Shown: positions 1 through 13,295, counted from the whole stretch's first letter. The stretch: 63,999 nt of DNA, filler included, from Octopus bimaculoides (GCF_001194135.2; 6 parts of 5 records of this genome joined end to end with filler, not necessarily neighbours in it), one strand, 5' to 3'. Numbers and translations are program-made. The notes: generated by a model from the sequence alone, not told the origin.

Positions 1-9
1 ATATATATA

Positions 10-45
<36 letters not shown>

Positions 46-56
46 TGTATGTGTGT

Positions 57-287
57 GCATATGTTTGTGCATTTGTTTGTCCCCCAAGCATCGCCTGACA
101 ACCGATGTTGGTGTGTGTTGCGTCCCCCGTAACTTAGCGGTTCGGCAAAAGAGACCGATAGAATAAGTACTAGGCTTACAAAGAATAAGCTCTGAGGTCG
201 ATTTACTCGATTATAAAGGCGGTGCTTCAGCATGGCCGCAGTCAAATGACTGAAACAAGTAAAAGAATAAAGAATAAAAGAATATAA
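57..287 (+). mobile_element. SINE family B, 3' half (after internal microsatellite)
   Basis: Sequence ...acaaccgatgttggtgtg...cgtaacttagcggttcggcaaaagagaccgatagaataagtactagg...gcatggccgcagtcaaatgactgaaacaagtaaaagaataa recurs at 16595-16795, 20810-21000 and, reversed, at 15512-15655 and 16120-16230. Confidence 0.9.
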
Positions 288-814
288 TCTCTACCATGCT
301 AACATCCTGTAGACACTATTTGACGACGAAGTCTCATCGGCGGTACTCCAGTGTCACTAGATTAAATATGGGATGACGGTTACTGGTACTTTTGTAAAGA
401 AATGGTTGCACAAATTTAATCATATGCATACATCTTTATCTTGTAGGTCACATTTCCATTTGGTATTTGTAAAGCAAATTTGAGAAATTGAAATGTGAAA
501 AGACATTAAACTTCGGCCCGCGTTAGGTGTGATACGTATGTTGCTTCAACTTCTCCGTTTCCACTTGTCATTCATGAATTTTTATTTATTCTCTGTTCAT
601 GACGTTCCCTTGTTTTAAATGTTATTATTATCTTTTTTTCTAAATTGAACAGACGATAAGTCTGGTAAAAGAAATCCAGACGAAATATACAACAGTATTT
701 ATTTTCCTGCATCTTGGCTTTGAGATCGCGTCTCCCATAGTTTTCCTTTTTTTTTTTTTTCTTTTTTGCATTTCACATTGCGGAATCGTTAGGCAAGTGA
801 TTCACAATAAATTG

Positions 815-940
815 TTAGAATCGTTAGTACGTTGGACAAATTGCTTGCAATAATTAGTTACGACTCTTTACATTTTGAATTTGCACCCCACCCCACTTAG
901 TTGAACTTAACCTTCCAGGAGTCGATAAAATAAAGTACCA
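815..940 (+). mobile_element. Degenerate SINE family A copy
   Basis: A-box-like agaatcgttagtacg and the family core gtcgataaaataaagtacca; heavily diverged. Confidence 0.6.
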
Positions 941-1948
941 ATGAAGTTGTGAAGATCGATTTCCTACAAATATACAAGATATGAATGTATTTACAGTATA
1001 AGATTTAAAAGACTCTGCTTTGCCCTCGTTTCCATAACAAACAAAATCGGCTTCTAAATAAGAAAGCAATCCTTTTAATATCAAGATTGAATTTAAATCT
1101 CCAGGGATAGTTATATTTAATCTTCATCGATTCAAATCCTCATAGAGCCCCGATAAGATCTCGATGGGATACTCTTCGTTATGTAGTACTTTGCTATGGC
1201 TTACTCGGGAGAGAAAAGGCGGTGTCCATGACTCTTTTCAGAACTCCTGACACTAATAGAAAAAATGAAGTTATACTTAGACAGGGAATCTAGCCCGAAA
1301 TGTTTGAAACAGAGTGGGCTTTACTTATGAACCAAGTGATGTTAAACCGGGCGACGAATTAAGTCCACCACACACAAACAACCCCTATGATAGGCTTCCA
1401 TACAGTTTCTGTCGTTCAAACTTTATTCACACAGCTCTGGTTGACTCTAGTCTACGGTAGAAGACACTCAATATTCTGTGCATTGAACTGGCGCCTAAAG
1501 CCACATAGTTGCGAAATGAACTTCACGTCCATATTAAGTTTTATAACTGAAATAGTTCCTAAAAAAACTTACATAGTCGAAATTATTTTTGCTCCATGTC
1601 AGACATAGAGTATCACAAGTATTAGGTTACATAATAAACATGCTATTTACACAGAGAGCGATATTGGGTAAACAGTAATTTAGTTTAATTGCTGATTTCA
1701 AACACGGACATATTCGGTGAGTTGAGAGGTGACGTTTAGACGATGTAACCGACCTTCGTAGTTGACTGCTACTTGCTTTCTCGACTTTGGAAAATTGAAA
1801 AGAATGTCGACCTGGCTAGAGTTTACACTCAGGACGTAAAAACCTGCTTGAATATTGCAGGTATTTTGTCCAGTGTTCCACTACGTTTGCTGTTGATTGC
1901 TTTCGGCATAGAACAGGAGTGTTTGTGTATGTTTATGGGTGTGTTTGA

Positions 1949-1949
<1 letters not shown>

Positions 1950-2036
<87 letters not shown>

Positions 2037-2042
2037 GAGTGT
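1950..2042. repeat. (GT)n microsatellite
   Basis: Direct read. Confidence 0.98.
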
Positions 2043-2204
2043 GGTGAAAGGTGAGCATACTGTATGCGTGCGTGTGTTTGAGTGTGTGTGTAATCTACAT
2101 TAATTGTATAAATGAACTGTAAACAACAACTACTATATTGTCACCTGCGAGTTACTACAGTTCTTTTTTTCTGTTCGTTAATTCACTGTGTATTCTTTCC
2201 TTAC

Positions 2205-2375
2205 CGTCTGTTTCAGTGTGTGGGCCACGCATTTTTTTCTCAGTCGATGTCGATGGTCTGAATGTGATAGGATATGGGTTGAGAACAACAGAGTCCCAAT
2301 ACTGGTCTCCTTTCAACACCGCTTCACTCATTAATCCTTCACTTTCTCCCCCGCCTTCTTTATCGTCGGTTTCTG
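2205..2375 (-). CDS. Candidate internal coding exon (phase 1-1, 171 nt) of an unrecognised gene; probably cytoplasmic tail
   Basis: Minus strand: acceptor ttctttgatttcattgcag (NAGNAG cag/cag), donor G|gtaagg, length divisible by 3, open: (A)ETDDKEGGGESEGLMSEAVLKGDQYWDSVVLNPYPITFRPSTSTEKKMRGPHTETD. No homology recognised. Confidence 0.55.
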
Positions 2376-3821
2376 CTGCAATGAAATCAAAGAAAACAGC
2401 GAGGAGATTATGTCAAAGAAAAATAAACAATTTAAGCAAAATAGAATACACACGTTTCCTGGGAAATGTTACTGATTTTCAAGAAACTGCCCTGTAGTTT
2501 TTGTGAGGTATATTACTGCTCAAAGGTTAGATCCTCTCACAATTGCCATATTTCTTTTATCAATTTTAGTCTAGTGGCCATTGTTGAAGGACAAGAAGAA
2601 AGCTCTTGATAAACCGAGTCTTGGCTCTGGTTTTAATCCGATTTCTATTTCATCCAGGAAGCCACTAATGATCTTAAGAAAAGTATGATGAAACCAATAT
2701 TACTACGTGAAAAGTACTTTTGATTTCTTGCGTGGGTACAACGTTTGTTTTTGTAAGGAAGGGTTTTGACAATGGGATCTAATCCAATATGTTACTGGTA
2801 TTTAGGAGGAGTCAAAATATAACTGCAACAAAGCGGGATTTGAATTTGGACTTGAGAGGAAGAAACTAAATATTAGAAAGCGCTCTCTATAGTCAGCCAT
2901 TGGTCACCGCAACCTTATTTCAGGTAATATTCAAACAATCACTTCGAATATTGAACACAATCTAAGATTGGAATATTATTGTTAAACTTTGAAATGCATG
3001 TTTTGCACTAAATTTAACTCCAAATCTGTACACGTTCTCCCCTTCTCTCATAGTCAAATTATTTATATGTATGGATAATCCTTTTATGTCTTCTTGAACT
3101 GTTACGATACAACGTCTTCACTTTTTTCTTTTACTCTGATTCTTGTAATTTGTTACAACATTAAATTTTAGTAAGCTGAATCTATCCCAGTGTACACTGT
3201 TATTTATTTTTATTGACAACAAAAGAATGAAAATCAGTGTGAAAACCTGGTGAGATTTTGAATCATAAAGTCAAGATTAAAGTTTATACAGCATTTAATC
3301 TCCCGCTCTACGGGATGTTATCAATTCATTCCAATCGTAATAACACTTCTTTTCATAACACGTTAAAAGTATTTCTATTACCAAGAAACTGAAAGGTTGT
3401 ATTTCTCTTAAACTGCAATGTCATTCTAACATCCGTTCTTAGCATCCTCATTCTGGTTACTTTCTGAAAATGTCATAAAAGATTATTGTGTAATTATGTA
3501 GAATGGCTGAAACGAAGTAATTAAATATTTTTCTCAAATTTCCCATTAATCAAAACAGAATGACTAGTGTCTATATTGTTACGAACAAATTCTGTTAACT
3601 ATTTAACAATTACTTGATACATCTTTAAATATTTGGAACGCTTGACGTATTTGAAAAACGTTCAACGTTTTAAACATTAGCATTAACAGATCTTAGTCTC
3701 TCGATTATGATTTTCATTTGCACTAAGTTAGTTTGCCAATTATTCGATATACACACAATTCCGCTAACACCGTTAGGGGTCAAGAACACATGTTACTTTT
3801 AAAATGCTATAAATTGATTTA

Positions 3822-4020
3822 AGATGGCGGCATGCCGGGCGAAATGCTTAGCGGTATTTCGTCTGTCTTTACGTTCTGAGTTCAAATACCACCGAGGTTG
3901 ACTTTGTTTTTCATCCTTTCGGGGTCGACATTTTAAGTGCCAGTTGCGTACTGGGGTCGATTTAATCGACTGGCCCCCTTCCCCAAAATTTCAGGCCTTG
4001 TGCCTAGAGTAGAAAAGTAT
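3822..4020 (+). mobile_element. tRNA-derived SINE family A, near full length
   Basis: Head ...gcatgccgggcgaaatgcttagcggtatttcg..., B-box-like gagttcaaatacc, core gactttgtttttcatcctttcggggtcga, 3' stem-loop aggc-cttgt-gcct (3993-4005). Confidence 0.92.
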
Positions 4021-5244
4021 AAATTAATTTAAGAATGTCGGCTACCCTATAACCCCGTCTCCATCAGAACGAACGAGATATTTTCACACGTCTATGACAG
4101 AGCACATACAATCACATTCAAGTGGCTTAAAAAACTCCACCGACTTAAAATGCACATCGTCATTCCGAACAGTTTAGAAACTTTGCTCCATCGTCGAGTA
4201 ATATTCTCTGTCTATCTTATCGTTACTAGAATGGTCTCTGGTATATTTAATTTGCTGACAGTACACTATTTACACTAAATATACCAATCTCCTTTCCACA
4301 TCTCCTTTTCACATTTGTGACTTGTTATAACCTTCTTTACCTAAAACTCAACGACTACATTCAGCTAAGGTATTATATAGTCATTAAAATTTATGATCAC
4401 AAGTTCTATCAACAGTCACTTATTTATCCAGCGCTTGACTTAATATACAGCCGAACCTGAAAGACAAAAGTGATGGAAACTTTTTCCTCTTTCACAAACA
4501 AACGATCAGACAAGTCAACTTGTTAAGAGTACACATCTCTGTTAGGTCAATTCCCAAGAGGAGATGGAATATCCAACAAAGTTTACAGTCTTGTTTATCT
4601 ACAATTTGTGATGTAAATAACTTTTGCCATCTGATTTTGAAGAAACGCTTAATTGTATTGCTTATGACAGCATTATCTCATTTCAGTTATCGAATCGCGA
4701 TTAAAATCGATATTTCTAATATGAAATACATCCAGATTTACTGGTAAAAATTTAGTAATTTGCAATTGTGGAAAATAAGTTAATAAAAATAATTTCCCAA
4801 CTATTCGTAAAATCACCTGAAATTTAATGGTACTGTGTATTCAGATTACGGTATTGATAACAACTGATCACAAAATAAGTGAATCTACATCCGGAGATTA
4901 CTACAGAAACCGTGAATTGTTTGCTGAGAATGTGATAAGATTAAATGTGAATAAATAAAATCTTCCATAGATTTCGAAAACTATCTTTTGCATATTCTAT
5001 TTTTTCTGTTTTTTAATCAGAATCTCAGAATAAATCTTTCATGAAAATAGTTACGTTAAGGATTTACGTCCATTATGTGGATAATGTTTACATTAAGCAT
5101 GTTTCAGATATACCGATGAAGTTTTGATAAGATTTCAAGCTAAAGAAGTTTGTAAAGATAATATTACAAAAATCGATTGTTTTAAATCAATAACTCAATA
5201 TCAAAACGTGTTCTGTTTAAAGTTGTCTTAGAAAGTTTATACAA

Positions 5245-5319
5245 AAATCCATCCATTCATCCATCTATTCATCCATCCAGCCATCCATCCATACAAACAT
5301 ACGTACATACATACGCACG

Positions 5320-5351
<32 letters not shown>

Positions 5352-5408
5352 TAGATAGATAGATAGATACATACATACATACATACATACATACATACAT
5401 ACATACAT
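5245..5408. repeat. Compound tetranucleotide microsatellite (ATCC/GACA/GATA/TACA)
   Basis: Direct read. Confidence 0.95.
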
Positions 5409-6349
5409 AAGATATACGGTCGCCAAGGAGAAGTGTTTAGCCATCCGTTGAGCTTCGAGTGGGAGGGTGTCTAACCAGATATGTTTTCTCTTTGCAGGTA
5501 CATAAATTTAATTGTGCTTTTAAATTGATTATAACTTTGATTATAACAATGAAAATCACTGGTGAAAAATATACCATTAAACATATACGTGGTGCTGCAA
5601 TTTTATTTCTATGTGACTTAAACAAAGAGGAGAAATATACCTTAATATATCTTGAACTAAATGAACTAAAGTTATATTGCCTAGGTTTCTGAGCGCATAT
5701 CTACTACATAGCTCCTGACAAATAGTTAAATGTGTCAGCTTATTATATTACAGCTAATAGAACACGCTGAAGGCACTTTTCATTACCTTTCTATTACATC
5801 TATTATTTCGTCGTGGTATATGAAGTGACCGTTTCGCTTATTTATCTATATTTCATTGATTTACACACCAATGAATTATGATGACAGCAACTACTATATA
5901 GTGTGTGGCTAGAAGAACAACCTCTAGTTCAGCAGCGGCTGATGAGATGAATAGTTAGCAAGACATCTAAATGCTCCCTCGTAGTAAGAATTCATATTTA
6001 CAACGATATCTCGCAGTAAATTTTCACATTTTCTTTTCATGGTATAATTGAGTTCCTTCATCTTGTTTAATTTTCATAAATTCATAGCACCGACTCTTTG
6101 TTGAGTTACTGCCCACTCTCATTGTACAAATACGTCGTCTAGACATACATAAAATTGTAGAACCTTGGTTCATATATAACAATGGTTCACAACTTTTTGT
6201 ACCTCACAGAAAAGCGTTTTACAAATATCCCCTTTGCATATCCTTAAAAAAAGTGGGTTATTCTATTCAAATAGAAACTAAATTTATCCTATGCTAAATT
6301 TATCTTATGCTGTGCCATCCAGCGTGCGCACCTCTTAGATATTTATATG

Positions 6350-6440
6350 GATTAGTGTCCCTCCCCCATGCTAAATTTATATTAGTGTCCCTCCCCCATG
6401 CTAAATTTATATTAGTGTCCCTCCTCCATGATAAATTTAT
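6350..6440. repeat. 30-bp tandem repeat, ~3 units
   Basis: Unit attagtgtccctcccccatgctaaatttat repeated; third unit diverged. Confidence 0.9.
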
Positions 6441-6962
6441 ATGGAAGCGACCAAAGAAGGTGAGAACTAATAAAATGAAATTATATTGTACTTTGATGTG
6501 TCATCAAGTCTTCTGCTCATTGACAACACAATGTCCGACTCATATTCTAATTCTGGCAAATAGTTTTTTGTGAAAATATGTTTAAAATATAAATATTGTC
6601 CTTAGTTTGAAGAAAAATCGCAACACCTCCAACAGTCGATGCTACCACTACCTCCAGCTCTACCTTTGATATCTGCTGCTTTCTTGTGAGCTATCAATCA
6701 ACGTCCCTAAGGAGACACAACTGCTTGGGTTTAGGATCACTGATATTGAGTTATACTACTGTTGGTGATCTAGATACGTTCCTACAAAGTACAGAGCTAA
6801 ACGAATCAGCGTTATATGGGCCAATATAATATAGCACAAATGAAGCTACCAGTATGATATAAGGTTTTTAACAATGATACGAAGGTAAATCGATATGACA
6901 GGCACTGCCAAACGTCTCGATCATCCAGAGAGAGAGAGACAGAAAGAGAAGAGAGGGAGGGA

Positions 6963-6998
<36 letters not shown>

Positions 6999-7008
6999 NN
7001 NNNNNNNN

Positions 7009-7053
<45 letters not shown>

Positions 7054-7934
7054 ACTCGTCATATACATCAATCTTATCATTCATCCTTATCATTCATCAA
7101 GCACTTTATAATTTAGATAATCTCACACATCTTGATCAACAATTAGAATAAAATTAGAAACTGGGTTTTAAGACTCGTCATTGCCTACTTACACACACGC
7201 GCGTGCACACACACACACACGTGCGCACACTGAGTAATACTCCACTTATCGTTACCCGGTTCAGTTCCGATTTGCCTTAGCGCTCATTTTTTTTCTTGAA
7301 ATCAACAATATTTTCAATTAGATAACAATATGTTATAATAATTGCTTATTGATATGTACGAAACTATAGTTCATACCCATGCATATTTCCTCGTACAACC
7401 GAATTGTTCAGACAGTTTCATATATACGTCATGAATAGAAGACAGGCTGTTGACACTATGTGTTGAATGTTAATCTAAGATGGTGAGTAAAAATCATGAT
7501 AGTAGATGTTAATTAAAATCGTAAGCTTTGACTCAACTGAAAGAAGGTGATGAACTTGGCAACATTAGCGATTAGAACAAGCATGTAAAAGGGAGGCGAA
7601 ATAAAAATTTCCGTCATGATGACATCACTGTTATGAACAAGGAAGAAGTTTTGTTCAAGGAGTAAACGTTTGTTTGGAAGGTGAATAAGATTGATGTATA
7701 TGACGAGTCCTCTCCCTCTTTGTCTCTCTTTCCCTCTCCCTCTCCTTCCCTCCCTCCCTTCCTCTCTCTCTCTCTCTCGATATATATATATATATATATA
7801 NNNNNNNNNNNNNNNNNNNNNNNNNNNNNNNNNNNNNNNNTAAGAGATAATTAAAATTCAGTTGAACTAGGTACTTAAGTTGAGGCACCCAGTCAGTCCG
7901 GTAGTATCCGCACACCTCGAAGTAAGGTGAATAA

Positions 7935-8533
7935 AAGCAAATAAGTAAACAAGGATGTAAAGGTATTAGTGTATAACGGCCGTTTCAGGCGGCTCCATTC
8001 AATTAAACAATGCAAGTATTGCATGAATTTGAAATACACCGCCATCTTCGGATGCATAATATAGGTTTTCAATAAACGAGATACTCCATTATAATTTTTA
8101 TCAAATATTTCAACAGAACTAGAGAATGAAGGAATTACATGCTGCTAATATTGTAGCAGAATTAACTTAAAGAGAAAACACCCTAACTATACTTTGGGGT
8201 GGCAGAAAAGAATAAAAATGGGAGTCATGAGATGGTAGCTATATTACCAGCTCATGACGCCCATTGTTATTCTCTTCTGCCACTCCAAAATATAGTTGGA
8301 GTATTTTCTCTCTAAGTTCATTCAGCAACATGTAATTCTTTCATTCTCTAGTTCTGATGAAATATTTGCTAAAAATTATAATGGCGTATCCTGCATATAC
8401 TGGAAACCTATATTATGCATCCGAAGATGGCGGTGTATTTCAAATTGATGTAATGCTTGGATTGTTTGATTAAATGGAGCCGCCTGAAACGGCCGTAATG
8501 CACCAATACCTTGACATCCTTGTTACTTATTTG

Positions 8534-8536
<3 letters not shown>
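7935..8536. mobile_element. ~600-bp foldback (MITE-like long imperfect palindrome)
   Basis: Left arm aagcaaataagtaaacaaggatgtaaaggtatt...cggccgtttcaggcggctccatt...ccgccatcttcggatgcataatatagg... is mirrored by the right arm through to ...cttatttgctt; centre tggta-gctatat-tacca at 8233-8249. Confidence 0.9.
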
Positions 8537-8574
<38 letters not shown>

Positions 8575-9050
8575 TGTTTGAAACGCTGAGCAATTCGGTT
8601 GTACGTACGAATATGCATGAGTATGGATCATAGCTTCGTAGATATTAATAAACGATTACTCTAATGCATTATCATCCCATTGAAAATATTGTTTTCAACA
8701 AAAAAGNNNNNNNNNNNNNNNNNNNNNNNNNNNNNNNNNNNNNNNNNNNNNNNNNNNNNNNNNNNNNNNNNNNNNNNNNNNNNNNNNNNNNNNNNNNNNN
8801 NNNNNNNNNNNNNNNNNNNNNNNNNNNNNNNNNNNNNNNNNNNNNNNNNNNNNNNNNNNNNNNNNNNNNNNNNNNNATTGTATGTGCGCGCGCGAGAGAG
8901 AGAGCGTAAGTTGGCAATGACGAGTGTTTAAACTCAGTTTCTAATTTCATTCTAATTGTAGATCAAGATGCTTAACTTCACTGAGTGACGTTATCTAAAT
9001 TATATATATATATATATATATATACAATTGTAGAACACGACTGTCATTAC

Positions 9051-9092
9051 ATAAGCCTGATGACTGCGTAAAGTATGAAAGTACTAGTTTAT
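9051..9092 (+). ncRNA. Minimal type I hammerhead ribozyme motif (stem II partly degenerate)
   Basis: ATAAGC-CTGATGA-CTGCGTAAAGTAT-GAAA-GTAC-TA-GTTTAT: canonical core, 6-bp stem I (one G.U), palindromic AGTACT stem III, CUA cleavage triplet; first pair of stem II is a C/T mismatch. Confidence 0.7.
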
Positions 9093-9438
9093 TTCAATAT
9101 TGTAAAATTGTAAAAATTGCAAATAATAAAACGTGAAAATTAGACTAAGCTGGAATTTCATTGATTAATATATATGCATACACACACACGCGCACGCACA
9201 CACACACACACGCACACACACACGCTCACACACGCACACACACACACACAGAGACACACACAGAGACACACACAGAGACACACACACATATATATATACA
9301 CAGAAAGCGAGAGAGAGGGAAAGAGAGAGAGAGAGAGAAAGAGGAAGAAAGATAGAAAGAGACAGTGGACAGAGATAATGATAAAGTAATAGTGATAATG
9401 ATAGTTGAGAGGAGAGAGAAACGAACATCTCATACACA

Positions 9439-9498
<60 letters not shown>

Positions 9499-10482
9499 CA
9501 TGTGTGTATGTAAAGAGAGAAAGAAATATCCACACACAGACGTCCATTTATTTTTGCATTAGTACGCAGTCATATACATGTGCGTACATACAATAAGAGA
9601 AAGAAAGAAGGAGAAAGAGAGAGTGGGTGGGAGAAAAAGAAAGAGAGCGCTAAATGTTCTGTAGTTTAAAATATGCTAACACCCTCAATAATTTAATAAA
9701 TGTAGTCTGGTCGTTGATGAATATCTAATGACTCATACAGAACATTAGTGGAAAATAATTTCCAACGTGCTATTTATTCAACGTTCCTATTTTGAGCATT
9801 AATAAAAGCAAATCAGCACTAATTCACTTTTCTGCTATTCGATGAAGATTAGTGAGATACATCAAATCAGGTGTTTTAATTCCTCGTCGTCAGTGTTTTA
9901 CTCTCATGGCAATTTGTTCGTAGACAAATTAAATTCATCACTAGTTAAATGTAGAAAGAAAAATCTTTCACATTACGGCTAATTTTCTTTAACTATCATT
10001 GAACGTTTTCTTAAAATGGATAAAATATTGATTTATTTTTCTATATTATTAATGCATTCAAAAAACACAAAATCATGTAACGAACATGGTTAAAAATCGT
10101 TTCGTTTCTCTTTCAAAGCTAAACTCCTTTAAAAGTTCTCCTAGTCCAAAAAGTCTAGAGTATTGTAATGTAAAGAAAGAAATCAATATTTCTAACTAAA
10201 CAACATGATAATCATCATAGAGTTTTGTAGTTTCATTAATACCCACCCACTCCCATCCGAATTGGCTTCAGCGCGTTCTACGATGGAACAGAAATGAATT
10301 GAGTGTGCACTTGAGTACGTACATGACTATCTTTGCATCCAGTCCTTTTAATATGTGTGTGTGTGTGTGTACGTATATATATATATATGTGTGCGTGTAT
10401 GTGTATATATATATGTGTGTGTGTGTATATATATACATATAAATATATATACATATTTATATATATATACACATAAATATAC

Positions 10483-10518
<36 letters not shown>

Positions 10519-10551
10519 ATACGTATATATATGCATGCGTATGTATGTACC

Positions 10552-10675
<124 letters not shown>

Positions 10676-12714
10676 TAGATAGATAGATAGATTCATAGAT
10701 AGGTAAGTGTGTCTTTATGGAGAGATGTACACATATCTGTACAAACACATATACACACATACGTACTACACTTACACACAGGTGAACACATGAAAATGTC
10801 ATATGATGAGTAACCTAATAACATTTTGATAAAATATAATGGTCTAATGCATTGTCATTTTCGCAGAATATGTTATACAAGGCAAATTTGATGTAATATG
10901 GTGAATCGATCATTTAGCTTGGTCCCTATAATTCCTTGACTAAACTTCAAAGCAAATATTCCATAAATTTACTATCGTTGTTAATATATTCTATAGATAT
11001 GATCAGTTGTATTTTAACACAACTTTTGTTTCTATAGAATTCTTCTATTATTTATCTTCTCGATACCATAAAAAAAGCTATTATTTTATATAAACCACCA
11101 TAATTTCACAAAGTCTAGTAAAGGCTAAAATGGAATGCTTTTGTGTTTAATTTTACATAGAACCTTTCAGGTTGAATGGCAGGGAATATAACCCGTCTTT
11201 TACTAATATGAGACCTTGAATAGTGTAAATGATGTAAAAGTCACGTAATACATCACTAAATAATTTGAATGACAACTTATCTATTTTATAACTTAGCGAG
11301 AACATAGCTTAGAGATATGTCTGCTCACTAAAATCGATAACATGTTCATGATAACTTCATATAATTCAGAAAGATAATGTACAGTGAAGAATAGAGGTGT
11401 GAAAGCTTTGTAAAATTAATAATAGATATAAGAGAAAACCACAGTGTTTGCAGCCATTTTGAAAAATGGAAATGACAGAGGTTTTCGGATATATATTAAT
11501 AAGGAATGTAGTATATCGCAGCAAAATTCTTTCAGAAGAACTGTATCGAGCCAACGAATTTATGGAAAGAAAAGACAGAGAAGACAGGGAGGGAGAAAGG
11601 AGAGGGAAGAAACAAAAAAAAAAAAAAAAAAAAAAAAAAGAAGGATGAAAATGTAAATCTAACAATATGCAACGGAACTAATCAAGTTATTGTGATGATA
11701 TTGTTTTACATATACACAGAGAAAACAGGTCAAATTTTATTGTGAAACAAAGAAACAAGATCTAAATATTTTCTTTTTACAAAGGCTTACAACAACAGTT
11801 AAATATCTTCACTATGTAATTGAAATAATAAATATGAGATCAAATTTCCGACGAAACAGTTCTCATTTTTAAACAAGAAATCTTATAACAAACATAACAA
11901 CCCCTGCTCTTATTTTGATTTTCTTAATTTTAATAAAGTCAATGATTAGGCGATGGATTGGCAGAATAGTTAGATCATTGGACAAAAAAAAAAATTCTGC
12001 AGTATTTTATTCTGATCCTCTTTCAGAGGTCGATAAAATAAAGTACTAGTCAAATACTGGGTCAATTTAATCGGCTGATACTGGTGTATCTAAGCTTTCT
12101 TCAAACAAGAGACTATGGCTGAGGATTCTGAACGAATCGAATATGATTACTACTTGAGCTCTCGGGGAGGATGAGGGCGCAAACTCTAACGACTCACAGT
12201 ATTCCTGTGAAGAACAGCAACCCCTGGTATGTACTAAATTTCAAAACCATTAAAATAATAGAACACTTCCACGAAATATCTTGTATACTGACGGAACATG
12301 TGGTCCGTGCGAGTCGACAGATAAAAGAAGAAAGATAAGATTTGTTTTTTTAGATTTTAAAATAGTTTGCTATCTCACTGAAATTCATTTAAATCAACAT
12401 TATCGTTATTTTTAACAAAGGAATCTTACAAATATTTGGACACATCAACAGCTATGCATTTTTATAGTTTGCGATACGAAAGTAAACAACACATTTATAT
12501 GGCAGATGTAGAAGAGTTGTAATGGCCAAATGGATTAAGTATAAACCTCTTGGCTCGTTTAATAAAATTCCTATAAATAAAACTCCATAAGCGAGACATT
12601 TAAACTTCGTTGGTTCCGTTAATAGAAAATATACTTTTGACAACGCTACAACATAGCAGGTTAATAATATAGCCGTTTTATACTATATCATATAATATTG
12701 AGTCTTTATAATAT

Positions 12715-12870
12715 TGGTTTCATATTGAGTCCAGCAATCGATTACATCGACTCCGAAAGGATGAAAGGCAAAGTTGACCTCGGCGGAATTTGACTTCAGA
12801 ATGTAAAGACGGACGAAATGCTTCCAAGCATTTTATCCGGTTTGTTAACGATCCTGCCAACTCGCCGCCT
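12715..12870 (-). mobile_element. SINE family A copy (partial)
   Basis: tcgattacatcgactccgaaggatgaaaggcaaagttgacctcggcggaatttgacttcagaatgt... matches other copies in reverse. Confidence 0.85.
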
Positions 12871-13099
12871 TTGAGTCTTTACAATATTATAAAGGAATTA
12901 TATTGCCGCTTAATAACTGCAGTAAATGATTGCTGTCTATTTTATCGACTCTACAGTGAGGAGAGTCAACATCAACTACAGCAGAATATGAACTCAGAAC
13001 ATAGAAGGACGAAACTACGAGTATTTAATTGGTTTTCTTTTTACGATTTAACTAATGGAAAATTTGATAGTAAAGGAAAATGGGTATGAATGATCGTTG

Positions 13100-13295
13100 A
13101 TATTGTTTAACCCCAAGTAAGCCTCGATAAGGAAACCTATGCTCGAAGTCATTCTGACTGGGACTATCCCAACTTTTCAGGATATCTACGATTGCATTAT
13201 CTTCATTTAAGACAATGGGGATAAAATTTGAGGAATATATCGCTGCGATCTTTAGCAGGTCAAGCGACTACCTAGAAGCTCCTCCGCTGGCTTAG
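13100..13295. mobile_element. Degenerate interspersed repeat (probable SINE fragment)
   Basis: GC-richer block of repeat character (gctgcgatctttagcaggtcaagcgactacctagaagctcctccgctggc); family assignment from recall only. Confidence 0.45.

Noticed and set aside
854-1053. Candidate terminal exon for the minus-strand gene (EADFVCYGNEGKAESFKSYT...)
   Set aside because: Phase-compatible, but it reads into a SINE, and other acceptors near 630-650 are equally plausible; not called.
2138-2497. 119-aa plus-strand ORF
   Set aside because: It is the antisense shadow of the minus-strand exon at 2205-2375, which has canonical splice sites.
4440-4456. Strong minus-strand acceptor followed by GSAVY* (short-tail isoform?)
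   Set aside because: All frames stop within ~40 nt and nothing else supports it; indistinguishable from a cryptic site.
5499-5692. Plus-strand acceptor followed by a ~64-codon open frame
   Set aside because: AT-rich composition, no donor or partner exons, and no recognisable motif.
6350-6440. Direct repeats as a CRISPR-like array
   Set aside because: The 30-bp units are contiguous with no spacers, in a eukaryotic context; an ordinary minisatellite.
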